Shown one piece after another: positions 25,760-37,846 of a stretch of 64,000 bases of DNA. Below the pieces are notes generated by a model, which was not told the origin of the DNA, did no database searches, and saw nothing but the letters and a program-made list of their open reading frames with translations. The translations under genes and the position numbers were made by a program. Every line of letters starts with the position of its first letter. Positions within the stretch are counted from its first letter, which is position 1. The stretch covers positions 186,001 through 250,000 of the forward strand of contig NIVC01000415.1 of assembly GCA_002269645.1 (NCBI GenBank), given 5' to 3'. The DNA is from Macrostomum lignano. Lineage: Eukaryota.

Positions 25760-26160
25760 TTAAACTACTTTAATTTTGCGGGATGTATTCAGATAAATCC
25801 CGGAGCCATACTTGTATGTCTATGGTTGAAGTTGGGGATAGGGGTGTGGGGGCGAAGCCCCCATATTCTTACCATAGACAAAATTTCATTAAGAAATTTC
25901 TCGAGTCACGAAGGAAAAGAAGAGAGAAGCTCGCTTATTTAGATACATGCAATAATCCTTGCAATATGTCCGGGAAAGTTATCGATTAAATCCCGCAAAA
26001 TAAAATCTATGTCAATAACCTCCCTGAAAGTGAGCTTTAAAGTGGTTTAATAATTGTTACCATGGACAACTCACAGACGCCTGGGGCGATAAACATCTGG
26101 GACGAACATTGCATGAAATACTTGAAGTCATAGAATGCATTGGCGGGCAACAGGGGAATT

Positions 26161-26427
26161 TAGCTTTTTGTGATTGAATTCGGCCAAACTGCAAAACCTT
26201 TCAGCCAATTGGAGATTTTGCCTTCATTTCGGCGGCTTCTAACATAGACTATTTAGGACACACCGGTTAGCTGTGTGAGAAAATCACTGACTGAAAGTCT
26301 TGGCTGAAAGGCTGAAAGCTAGCCGGTCTGTCCTAAATAGTCTATGGTAGAAGCCGCCGAAGTGAAGGCAAAATCTCCATTGGCTGAAAGGTTTTGCAGT
26401 TTGGCTGAATTCAATCGCAAAAAGCTA
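26161..26427. mobile_element. MITE with ~110-bp terminal inverted arms, bounded by TA
   Basis: TAGCTTTTTGTGATTGAATTCGGCCAAACTGCAAAACC... matches the reverse complement of the right arm with few mismatches. Confidence 0.8.
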
Positions 26428-26975
26428 TACTTGGACAACGAGTTTCTATGGTTCATGCAATCTTTAATGCCATTTTTAGTATATGGACGTTTACTATGCG
26501 AAACCATCCAAATTCTATTCAACACGATTTTATCTTTGATCTTTGCGGCTTCGCAGACTTTTAACCGAAGCCACTAACTAACAAGCGTAATCCAATTATT
26601 ACAGCTGGGAAGACGCAAAATAAGTTGTTACAACAACGAACGACAAGAGTCGAATAAATGGAATCGAGCGCGCAGTTGATAAGCAAGCCGAATGATATAT
26701 TTTTTGTACGGACGGAGCGACAAGTCAAAATGGTAAAACTAAAACAATTATCCAAGAACTGCGTCTGCTCTAGCTCTTTGTTTAAAACGCATCTGTTTTT
26801 GTGATTAGTTATTAAACGGACCGTAGAGGAAAACCAAATTAATGTCCTCGTTTAAGGTTGACGACAATGCGAAATACAATGCCGCCCATTGCGGGGCAAT
26901 TTCCACAACTGGGGTGGGGGTTAGCAAAAATAAGGCTAAAAATAAATCCGTTATTTATTTTGCACCTGCCCCGTG

Positions 26976-29900
26976 TCACGAGAGCAAGTCGGCGTCCTGA
27001 GATGACTGAATGAAATGCGTGTCAGTTGAGCCCTCCGGCTCGGAGTTGATCTCCTCGGGTGCTGCTGCCTCACCGGCGGCTGCGGGACTGGCTGCCACGT
27101 GCCAGGGATTCGAGGCGCGCAGCAGTTGGTTGCCTAGGTAACGCTTAATCAGCTCGCGACCGGCGATTGTGCATGCCGACGTGGCCGACGCTGCGTAGGA
27201 CAGATCTGCCAGCTGCTCCGTGGCGCCGTCTGCGGTCGGGTTGAACTTCTCGACGGTGGATAAAATGCCAACTGTGGGCTGATCGGACCAGCCGCCCATC
27301 ACCATGATGCCGCCCTCGAGTACCGCTGTGGACAGGTTGCTCTTTTGACGCCGAAGCTGAGATGTGTATTGGCAGGTAGGTAGGTAGGCAGGCAGGTAGG
27401 TTAGGTAGGTAAGTAGGTAGATACATGTACGTAGACAGTAAAATTAGGTGGGTAGGTAGGTAAGGTCTAGGTAGGTAGGTAGGTGGGTAGGTAGATAGGT
27501 TAGGTAGGTAAGTAGGTATGTAGACAGAAAAAGGGTGTGTAGTAGGTAGGTAGGTAGGTAGGCAGGTTAGGTAGGAGGGTAGAAGAGAATACAGGTAGGT
27601 AGACACGGTATAGTTGGGTTAATTTGACAACAAATCGGATAAAGAACCAATCATGGTAGCTGTTGGAGAGCGCGTGAGATGAGGACAAAAAAGTAGCGAC
27701 TTTTCAATTTTGTTTGTCGCTTCAAACAATGCAGTTAATAACTTGTACACCAATTTTAATAATTTTTGCAATTTTCAAATACTTATTGTTGGTATTGAGC
27801 ATTGAAATTGACTGTACCTGAGGTTTGGGGATTAAGCATTCAATTAAAAATTCGGCAGTCAGTATTTATAGTTTATAGCCCTAATAGTTCTGTATCGTAT
27901 TTTGCTTAGAATTTTATTGAAAATATAGAGAGGAGTTCATGCATGAAACCTAGTCTTAAAAGCAACCTTTGAATTTCGAAATTAATTGGATTTCAATGCA
28001 GGCATCCGTAGGGCCGAATTTTCTGGTTATAATTGGCTACAACGGTAAAAATTAACTGACAAAAGAAGGCACTCACCCTTCCCGAGAACACCCAGCCTTC
28101 GCTCTCGTGCTGATAAGCTTCAACCACTGCCAATCGACTTTGGCCGTCGTTGCCGCCGATGGCGTACAGCGTGTTACCCATAGCAACTAGAGATACGCCG
28201 CCACGACAGAAGTTCATCCGACTGATGAAGCTCCACTGATCGGTAGCCGGATCGTACACTTCGGCGGTGTCGTGGTACTGCTGGCCGTTGAAACCGCCGG
28301 CAACGTAGATTCGTCCGTTAAGCGCAGCGGCCCCAGCGTCACTTCGCACCGTCCGCATGCTGGCCACGGGCAGCCAGCTGTTGTCGTCGACGCTGGTCTT
28401 CTCCACCGAGTCCAGTCGGCCGCCGCATCTGTCCTGCGTTTCGCCGCTGTGGCCGCCAATTGCGAACATTTGGCTGCCGATGGAGGCGCAGCACACGTAG
28501 TACCGCTTGTAGATCATGCAGGAGCCCTCGTACCAGCCGGCTTGAGTCTTTAAGTTGTAGCACGACACCGTATTCAGAGCTCTCTCGCCGTCGAAACCGC
28601 CAATTAGATGAAGAACATCGTTAACTACAAGGCAGCCTGAGTAGACTCGTCGCTCCACTTGGCCAATGTCGTTCGAAGGTCTGGACGCATTCGGTGACCA
28701 CATTGTCCAGGTGTTGGCGCGCGGATTGAACACCTGGCAGGCGGCCCTCGGCCCGAACTCTTGGCACCAGCCGCCGAACAGCATGACGGCCTCGTGCGGC
28801 TCCCGGGCGTGGATGCGAATGCAAGATTGTCCGAGTTTCGACGATAGACGTCGAGTAGGTTAGGCGGCACGTTGGGAAACGATTTCAGAAGCGCCAGCAG
28901 ACTAGGAAATCGGCTGAGCATCTCGTGCTGCATCAGGACGCCGAGTTCTCTCGTATTCATTAGACCAAGACGAACGCAGGACAGCAGAGACTCGCCGTGA
29001 GCTGACCGCTTTGGCCAATCGACGTCAAGCCAACGCAAAGCAGCGTCCAGAACAGCCAGCTCTGAGCTGCAGTTGATGCCCGGATGGCTCAGCAACCGGT
29101 GCACCATATCGAATTCCAGTTGCGGCCATAGCGACTCCTGAATTGCGCGAGAAAAACTGCGTATTATCTGGTCGAACGCCAGACCGTTAAGCTCTGGCAG
29201 GTAGTACACCTCTGAGAAGGCCCAGATATCGAGGGCTAGGCTTAGGTTTCTGGTGCACTGCTCCTGGATATAATCAAGTGTTTTAACGCGCAAATCCTGG
29301 TAGAGCAGGTAATCGGCGGCTTGGTAAAGATCGACGCAGTTGTCCTCACGAACGGCAATGGCGTCCTCTCCGTTGATCATCGCATTCAAAATTTCATTAA
29401 TTTCTTGCTTGAGGAAGCCGCATTCGCCGTACGGAAGCTGAAGGTTACTATAAAAGTGTGATTGAAGCGGTGCTTTTTGTATTGTAATTGCACTTACAAC
29501 TCGTGACGTCGCAGACTGCGAGTAAACGTTAAAATTTCTTTCTTCTAATTGCAAACCGTAAAATAAAAGAGTATTTTCATCCATATACATTTGCAGCTCT
29601 CATCAGATCTATTAGGGGCCAAAACAAGCATGCTTTATTCTACCTGAATGTTATACTTTCAAAGTAGTAAGACAACACAAGTGACTATTCGATAGACAGG
29701 ATGTCAAACGAAAGTACTATTTGATGCACTTTAAATATCCTTAGTCATATTAGGATTCAAATGAGAATTGCGCATTCTTACCTGTTTCTCGAATACTTAA
29801 TTAGCGCATCAAAAAACGAGCTACTCTCAGCCATGAGCAGACTGTGCACCGGACAAACTGAGCCCACGGTCGAGGGCGGTAATTGCTGAGCTCCTTCGCC

Positions 29901-30212
29901 TGAAAAAGCAGGCACTTGAACTGCGTGACCGCACAGCGTTTTCAACTGCCTCGCCCCCGTAACATACGACAGATCGGTAGTCGATGCAAACTCTAGAAAG
30001 CCTCGCTTGACATCTGAAGTCAGCAAACCCGAATCGACGGCCTCGAACATTCTAGACAGGGTTTGTCGTCGCAAATTGTTTCTAACTATCGAGTTCTGTG
30101 CAGCATCGCACATCGGGTTGTTTGCGCTGGCAATCAGAGCTGGTGTCAGTACGATGCTTCTACGCTGCTTCTTTACACTGACAAGCATCTTGCCGGAGCT
30201 CGAATAGTCCAT
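26976..30212 (-). CDS. BTB-BACK-Kelch protein, KLHL10-like. Exons 29782-30212, 28077-29447 (apparent 1-nt frameshift near 28819) and 26976-27356.
   Basis: BTB VHSLLMAESSSFF; BACK VLDAALRWL..LLSCVRLGL; kelch repeats including MRTVRSDAGAAALNGRIYVAGGFNGQ, which resembles KLHL10. Splice junctions ACAG|GTAAG..TATAG and AGG|GTGAGT..CTCAG are phase-compatible. Confidence 0.85.
27372..27602. repeat. Degenerate (GTAG)n microsatellite in the last kelch intron
   Basis: Direct reading. Confidence 0.9.
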
Positions 30213-30894
30213 GCTTCCTTAGCTTGCAGGAGGGGATTCGCCTCTCTTATTTAATGACCTCGATAGTATTAATAAGCAGCTAAGCCGTATGAATGTCCAA
30301 GCCATTCCAGTTTAGTCTATGGCCAAGTAAACTTGAGAAAAACGGCTACTTCCGTTACTCGTGACTAAAATGCACGTAGCCGTGTAGTTAAAATTAAAAA
30401 GTCAACAAGTTTAAAGATAAAATCAAGAATTTAAATAATCGGATGACTACTACTGTGAGTAGAAAAATTAGGGCAGCTTTAAAATGTCGCGCGTAGATAT
30501 CACGTTGTACGCTGCAACCTCGTGCCCTCAGCCAGACGAGAATTAGTGTTAGTGTACAGTTTGTTGGACTGTTATCGCAACGTACATCCTCTCTCTAACC
30601 TCGCTCTCTCTCCTTTTTAAATGTACGCTCTGCAACCTCTCCTGCCTGTACAGTAAAGAGCTAAGGTCTTAGGAAATTATGTTGAAGCCAATTGGACATT
30701 CTGCGTCGCCTGTTTTCTATACAGTAGTTGCCTCTTTCCTCCTAAATTAGGAAAACACACAGTTGAAAATTTCAAGGCCGCTAGTGTTAAAGATAAAACT
30801 ATAAAATCACGAGATTATACAGTTTTAAAAAACAGGTTTAGTTAACAAGTTAATTTTCCTTAAGTCGTTTTCAAACCATACGAAGCTCAGGGCC

Positions 30895-31821
30895 ATGGAC
30901 CTTGTACTCGACTTTGCTGATAATTGGCTATTGACGCCTTACGTTTATCCTTCTAGCATTGAGTCGACAAATCCCTACAGGCAATTGTTCAGCCTGTTTG
31001 TCATCACTACAGCCGGCGGCTACTTTCTGTATCTGGCCACGGCCTGGCTTGGCTATGTACTTTTATTTGACAAGCGACTGTTGCAGCATCCGTTAATTCT
31101 GAAGGATCAGATAAGACGCGAGATTACCTATGCGTCTAAGTCCATACCTATTATGGGCGTGCTCACCACTGCTGTGTTCTTCTTCGAGGTGCGGGGCCAC
31201 GCCAAGCTGTACGACTCGTACGGGGACACTCGACTGGGTGAGCCCTTGGTTAGCATAACTTCCACTAGCTGCAACTATGCTCGTAATGTACTATATTGGC
31301 GTCACCGATTTCCCTCATCAGGCTACATGACCCTGCCCATCACCGTGATCAGCTTCATCTTGTTCACGGACTGCCTGATCTATTGGATTCACCGGTTCCT
31401 GCACCACAAACTGGTGTACAAGCACATCCACAAGGGCCATCACATCTGGAAGGTGCCGACACCGTTCGCTAGCCACGCTTTTCACCCGCTGGACGGATTT
31501 GTGCAGAGCCTGCCGTATCACGTCTTCCCGTTTTTGTTTCCGCTGCACAAGCTCACCTACTTGGGCTTGTTCGTGTTTGTCAACGTGTGGACAGTGTCAA
31601 TTCACGACGGTTATTACCGGGTGCCAACTCTGCTCAAGCCTTTCATCAATGGTAGCGCGCACCACACCGATCACCACCTGTTCTACAACTACAATTATGG
31701 CCAGTTTTTTACTCTCTGGGATCGTCTGGGCAGCTCGTTTCGAGAGCCGTCCGCATTCACCGGTCAGGGACCGTTGCAGGCTGTTGTTGCTGGAGAGCAG
31801 TCGAACGGAAAAGACCACTAA
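30895..31821 (+). CDS. SC5D: Sterol C5-desaturase (lathosterol oxidase). Exons 30895-31237 and 31322-31821.
   Basis: Histidine boxes YWIHRFLHH, HKGHH and HHTDHH, plus TPFASHAFHPLDG and NYGQFFTLWDR. The 84-nt GTGAGC..CATCAG segment is a 28-aa insertion relative to recalled orthologues. Confidence 0.95.
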   Translation: MDLVLDFADNWLLTPYVYPSSIESTNPYRQLFSLFVITTAGGYFLYLATAWLGYVLLFDKRLLQHPLILKDQIRREITYASKSIPIMGVLTTAVFFFEVRGHAKLYDSYGDTRLGEPLVSITSTSCNYARNVLYWRHRFPSSGYMTLPITVISFILFTDCLIYWIHRFLHHKLVYKHIHKGHHIWKVPTPFASHAFHPLDGFVQSLPYHVFPFLFPLHKLTYLGLFVFVNVWTVSIHDGYYRVPTLLKPFINGSAHHTDHHLFYNYNYGQFFTLWDRLGSSFREPSAFTGQGPLQAVVAGEQSNGKDH

Positions 31822-33112
31822 CTGGACTGGACAGTTGAATAAATGAATGGATTTTAGCATTCGTTATAGGCGCACACACGCATCGACTTCTTGCATCCTG
31901 GTGCAGATTTGTAAAAGGCTACTCAGCATTGTAGTTACCTCTCTCGAATCAAAAGTTAATAAGCAATGCCATGCGGTGATTCAGCTGCATGTAGTACATG
32001 CATGTGTTACAGTATAACAAGTGAAATACCTTCAGGCTACGCCTCTGATGTCAAAGACGAGTGACGGAACGGGTCTTTTTGCATTCTTGCGGTTCTGTGA
32101 CACGTTATTGAGTTAATGCACCTGCCAGACATCGCCAGCTGTACATGTACTCGTAACCAACAATAACAATTATTACATGTAAGCAAGAACACATACGCTC
32201 AGCAACATTGGTAAAGTTTCCATGCACCCCGAAACCATGCTTACAAGCGTATATTTCAAAAGCTCAATTTCGCTTCATTCGGTCTTTCTGTCATTCGATT
32301 GTAAAGCGCCAAAATAAAAAAACTGACTTTCTGAGTCTGAGTTCTGCTTATTTTTTTCAAATATAGAAGACTGACTAGACCTAATTATATTAATTTCGAC
32401 CTTTGCTACACAATCAAAACAGCTCCGCCAGCTCACACTGACACACGCCGCAACAGCGTAAAAAATCGAAAACACTTCTCTATACAATAAATGCAAAGTT
32501 TCTGGGGTCTTTAGCAACAATCTTTTCGTTAACTTATCAGCTGACAGAGAGGCCCGAATGTACACTTTTCCATGTATGCACTCGTTTGAATTTTCTTTCT
32601 CTCTGGCCTAAGTTCAGCTCTTTGCGCACAAAACGAGCGACTGACTGCGAAGGGAAGGGAGTAAGTGGTTGGGGTTTTATCACTCAGACACCTGGATGCC
32701 AGCCTGTTCAGGGTCATTCATTTCAATGATAAGCTACTGCAGCTTTCGGACTGCAGTACACTCGTCACTCACTGTACAGAAATTGCCCCAAATTCCTGCC
32801 CGTTGTGAAAAGATTGGATTTTCGACTGACCCAACGTGTTTCGCCAGATACTCTAGAAAATTATATACGAAGATTTTCAAGCTAAATTTGACTAAGAGCT
32901 AGGTAAACCTACTCAATTATAACTGCAGTGCATAGCAGTTTCAGCTATACACTGGTAAGTTACATTTAGTTTGCAATTGAATTAACTATAGCTTATACTA
33001 CTACACATAACTTAATGCTTATAAACAGAATTGCTTTTTAATACATAAACGGATTCGATCTTTTTAATTAAGATTCGAACTCGTAATCAAACAGATTAGA
33101 ATACGAATACGC

Positions 33113-36100
33113 ATGGACCTGCAAACCTGGAAGAAGTTCGCCGTGCTGCAATGGGTGCTGACCTTCCTGCTGGTAGGTCCCGGCTGCGCAGCCATCATGT
33201 TGATTCTGTTTCGCACCAGCTGGTGGTCCGCAGTCCTGCTCTACGGAGTCTGGTACTACTACGACCGGGACACGCCACGTCGGGGTGGTCGCCGAGTCAA
33301 CTGGGTGCGCCGCTGGGGCCTCTGGCGTCGGATGGCCGAGTACTTCCCGGTGAAACTGCACCCTACCTGCGAACTGGATCCCAAGGAGAACTACGTGCTT
33401 GGCTACCATCCGCACGGCGTCCTGAGCACGGGCGCTTTTCTTAACTTCGCCACCGAAGCTACCGAGTTCAGTAGGAAATTTCCAGGAATAACTCCGTACC
33501 TGAGCGTGCTTGACGGCCATTTTGACTTCCCGTTGTACCGGGAGTACTTCATGTGCTCCGGTGAGCAATGAACTGATCTGTTCTGCTCTTCCCCTAATTT
33601 CATCTGCATTTGAAAAGCGCATCTTACTATTTTTGCAGTATTTTTTACTTATCTATACCTTCCTCCCTGCTTCCCCTCTGCACATCTTGCACCATGGATC
33701 CTCCGAACTAGTAAAAGTACAAAATAATATTGTTGAGCAGCTACAATGCAAAACTAATCGGAAAAATAAAAAAACACTTTAACTTGACCCCCCCCCCATG
33801 CAGGCGTGATCTCCGTGCGCAAGGAGAGTCTGCAAAACGTTCTTCAGCGTCGCAAGACTGCCGGTGGTCAGTTGGTCTGCGTCATTCCGGGCGGAGCAGT
33901 GGAAGCTCTGGACTCGCATCCGGGAACCGTGTACAGGGTGCACCTACGCAACAAGCTGGGCTTTGTGCGGCTGGCCATGCAGACTGGGTCAGGAGTTCGA
34001 TTCTGCGCCTCTCACCTCCATCTCAGCCCGTCTGCCTCAGATTCTCCCCCTTCATCTCAGCCCGTCTGTCTCAGTTTCTCCCCCTTCATCTCAGCCCGTC
34101 TGCCTCAGATTCTCCCCCTTCATCTCAGCCCGTCTGCCTCAGATTCTCCCCCTTCATCTCAGCCCGTCTGCCTCAGATTCTCCCCCTTCATCTCAGCCCG
34201 TCTGCCTCAGATTCTCCCCCTTCATCTCAGCCCGTCTGCCTCAGATTCTCCCCCTTCATCTCAGCCCGTCTGCCTCAGATTCTCCCCCTTCATCTCAGCC
34301 CGTCTGCCTCAGATTCTCCCCCTTCATCTCAGCCCGTCTGCCTCAGATTCTCCCCCTTCATCTCAGCCCGTCTGCCTCAGATTCTCCCCCTTCATCTCAG
34401 CCCGTCTGCCTCAGATTCTCCCCCTTCATCTCAGCCCGTCTGCCTCAGATCCTCTCCCTTCATCTCAGCCCGTCTGCCTCAGATTCTCCCCCTTCATCTC
34501 AGCCCGTCTGCCTCAGATTCTCCCCCTTCATCTCAGCCCGTCTGCCTCAGATTCTCCCCCTTCATCTCAGCCCGTCTGCCTCAACTTCTCCCCCTTCATC
34601 TCAGCCCGTCTGCCTCAACTTCTCTCCCTTCATCTCAGCCCGTCTGCCTCAGATCCTCTCCCTTCATCTCAGCCCGTCTGCCTCAGATCCTCTCCCTTCA
34701 TCTCAGCCCGTCTGCCTCAGATCCTCTCCCTTCATCTCAGCCCGTCTGCCTCAGATTCTCCCCCTTCATCTCAGCCCGTCTGCCTCAGTTTCTCTCCCTT
34801 CATCTCAGCCCGTCTGTCTCAGTTTCTCTCCCTTCATCTCAGCCCGTCTGTCTCAGTTTCTCTCCCTTCATCTCAGCCCGTCTGTCTCAGTTTCTCTCCC
34901 TTCATCTCAGCCCGTCTGTCTTAACTTCTCTCCTTTCATCTCAGCCCGTCTGCCTCAGATTCTCCCCCTTCATCTCAGCCCGTCTGCCTCAGTTTCTCTC
35001 CCTTCATCTCAGCCCGTCTGTCTCAGATTCTCCCCCTTCATCTCAGCCCGTCTGCCTCAGTTTCTCTCCCTTCATCTCAGCCCGTCTGTCTCAGTTTCTC
35101 TCCCTTCATCTCAGCCCGTCTGTCTTAACTTCTCTCCCTTCATCTCAGCCCGTCTGTCTTAACTTCTCTCCTTTCATCTCAGCCTGTCTGCCTCAGTTTC
35201 TCTCCCTTCATCTCAGCCCGTCTGTCTTAACTTCTCTCCTTTCATCTCAGCCCGTCTGCCTCAGTTTCTCTCCCTTCATCTCAGCCCGTCTGTCTCAGTT
35301 TCTCTCTCTTCATCTCAGCCCGTCTGCCTCAGATTCTCCCCCTTCATCTCAGCCCGTCTGCCTCAGTTTCTCCCCCTTCATCTCAGCCCGTCTGTCTCAG
35401 TTTCTCCCCCTTCATCTCAGCCCGTCTGCCTCAGATTCTCCCCCTTCATCTCAGCCCGTCTGCCTCAGTTTCTCCCCCTTCATCTCAGCCCGTCTGCCTC
35501 AGTTTCTCTCCCTTCATCTCAGCCCATCTGTCTCACCTTTTCTCCTTTCATTTCAGCCTTTCTCCCTCCATCTTTTTCTGTCTTCATCATTTTTAATTTA
35601 CCACAAAAGACATTTCAATAAGACAATTGATTGAAAATCAAACTCCCAACAAAACTGACTTCCAGATCCAGCCTGGTGCCGTGTTTTTCCTTCGGCGAAA
35701 TCGACCTGTTCAACCAGGTGAACAACCGAGCCGGCAGCCCGCTGCGGGCGGTGCAGAACTTCTTGGTGAAAATTTTCGGCTTCTCAATGCCAATCTTCAG
35801 TGGGCACGGCTTGCTGCCATTCGCTAAGCCTATCAACACCGTTGGTGAGCGTTTGGGCGACTTCATCGCTACTTTATCTGATTTGAGGTTTAATTAATTA
35901 AATTAGTGAGAATTTTATCTGTGGTATTACGCTACTTTCAGTAGTTACAATCTCTCCTCAGAGGACAATAAGCGAAAGCTTTCACATCATCGAAGTTTCA
36001 AATCGTAAAAAAATAGTTCATCATCAACTTGAATCCCCATTATCCAGGTAATAAACTTCAGCTGAAGAGATTCCATTACTTAGGTGGTAATATTAAGTAA

Positions 36101-36677
36101 GAGAATTACTATGTGATTGATTTCGACAATGTGAGATTTCGTCAAATTTTAACAACAGAAAAGCAGGTGCGACCTTGGGAATCGCCCGGCAGTTTCTACT
36201 AATAGCACACACACACAGTTAAGAGCAATCACGTGACATACTTTGGTCGCGCCTGTTGCCAGTACAAACGGTGAGGAGATTCTCAAGGTCACTAGTCGTC
36301 CTTGGGTCACACCCGCTTTTTGAGCTAAAAATAGACTGGCGACGCAAATGTACATACATACTCGTAGTCACGTGACTTAAAGTTTAATGCAGACAATTGT
36401 TTTTATTCCTCAGAAATCTAGCTTTTATGTAACGCTTCCTATTTTTATTATTAGAAAACGTAAAAAATAATTCTAATTATATAGATATGAACTTAATTAT
36501 CTCTTTTTCTTTTTTTACCTTGCAGTTGGGGCACCAATTAAGGTGGAGAAAAATTACGAACCAACTGATGAACAAGCTCGCGATCTGCTCAATCGCTACA
36601 TAAGTGATTTGGAATTGTTGTTCTGCGCCAATAAAGCAAAGCACATCGGGACCGATGCTCGACTCGAGATAGTGTGA
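33113..36677 (+). CDS. DGAT2/MOGAT-family acyltransferase. Exons 33113-33560, 33804-33987, 35666-35844 and 36526-36677.
   Basis: YHPHG motif, PGGAVEA, GFVRLA, SLVPCFSFGEIDLF and NTVVGAPI. All four exons join in frame through GT-AG sites. Confidence 0.93.
34015..35530. repeat. 34-bp pyrimidine-rich minisatellite, about 44 copies, filling DGAT2/MOGAT intron 2
   Basis: Unit TCTCAGCCCGTCTGCCTCAGATTCTCCCCCTTCA; 34-aa period in the ORF track. Confidence 0.97.
36167..36292. mobile_element. Diverged copy 2 of the palindromic MITE at 5327-5482
   Basis: GCGACCTTGGGAATCGCCCGGC..TTTCTA..ACACACAC..AGAGCAATCACGTGAC..GTTGCCA..TCAAGGTC aligns with copy 1. Confidence 0.65.
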
Positions 36678-36984
36678 ACTGCACACAAAACTAGCGGCTT
36701 GAAACTTTTACTAAAGGAACCAAGTAACTGAATTTTTGATTTATTTATTTGTTAGCTTGTTTTGAAAACATTAATTTTTTAGCAAACGACAATATAGGAA
36801 ATATAGTATGTAATAAATGAATAAAATCGATTATTTTGACTTTTTTAACTGACCTGATTTAAAATCTGTAGCTGGAATTAAAACTTTGTTTTCTCCTTTG
36901 TCAACCCTGACAGTTTGTTAATTCAACTCACTTCAAGAGTAGCTACAAGTGCATGCAATGATAGTAATGATGAGTGCTCAATTG

Positions 36985-37846
36985 AATGATGGAGTGTCTG
37001 ATTGGATGCTAGGGTGAGTGCTCGATTGAATAATGGAGCGCTCAATTGAATGATAGAGTGCTCAATTGAATGATAGAGCGCTCAATTGCATAATGGAGTG
37101 CTCAATTGCATAATGGAGTGCTCAATTGAATGATAGAGTGCTCAATTGAATGATAGGGTGCTTAATTGAGTAATGGAGTGCTCAATTGAATTATAGGGTG
37201 CTCAATTGCATAATGGAGTGCTCAATTGAATGATAGAGTGCTCAATTGAATGATAGAGTGCTCAATTGCATAATGGAGTGCTCAATTGAATGATAGAGTG
37301 CTCAATTGAATGATAGAGTGCTCAATTGAATGATAGGGTGCTCAATTGAGTAATGGAGTGCTCAATTGAATGATAGAGTGCTCAATTGCATAATGGAGTG
37401 CTCAATTGAATGATAGAGTGCTCAATTGAATGATAGAGTGCTCAATTGAATGATAGGGTGCTCAATTGAGTAATGGAGTGCTCAATTGAATGATAGAGTG
37501 CTCAATTGCATAATGGAGTGCTCAATTGAATGATAGAGTGCTCAATTGAATGATAGAGTGCTCAATTGAATGATAGGGTGCTCAATTGAGTAATGGAGTG
37601 CTCAATTGAATGATAGAGTGCTCAATTGCATAATGGAGTGCTCAATTGAATGATAGAGTGCTCAATTGAATGATAGAGTGCTCAATTGAATGATAGGGTG
37701 CTCAATTGAGTAATGGAGTGCTCAATTGAATGATAGAGTGCTCAATTGCATAATGGAGTGCTTAATTGAATGATAGAGTGCTCAATTGAATGATAGAGTG
37801 CTCAATTGAATGATAGGGTGCTCAATTGAGTAATGGAGTGCTCAAT
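36985..37846. repeat. 20-bp minisatellite (GTGCTCAATTGAATGATAGA and variants) with a 120-bp higher-order repeat
   Basis: Identical 60-nt lines recur every 120 bp (37321, 37441, 37561, 37681). Confidence 0.97.

Noticed and set aside
28800-28870. Programmed -1 ribosomal frameshift in the kelch gene
   Set aside because: There is no X XXY YYZ slippery heptamer in the overlap; a 1-nt indel is the simpler explanation.
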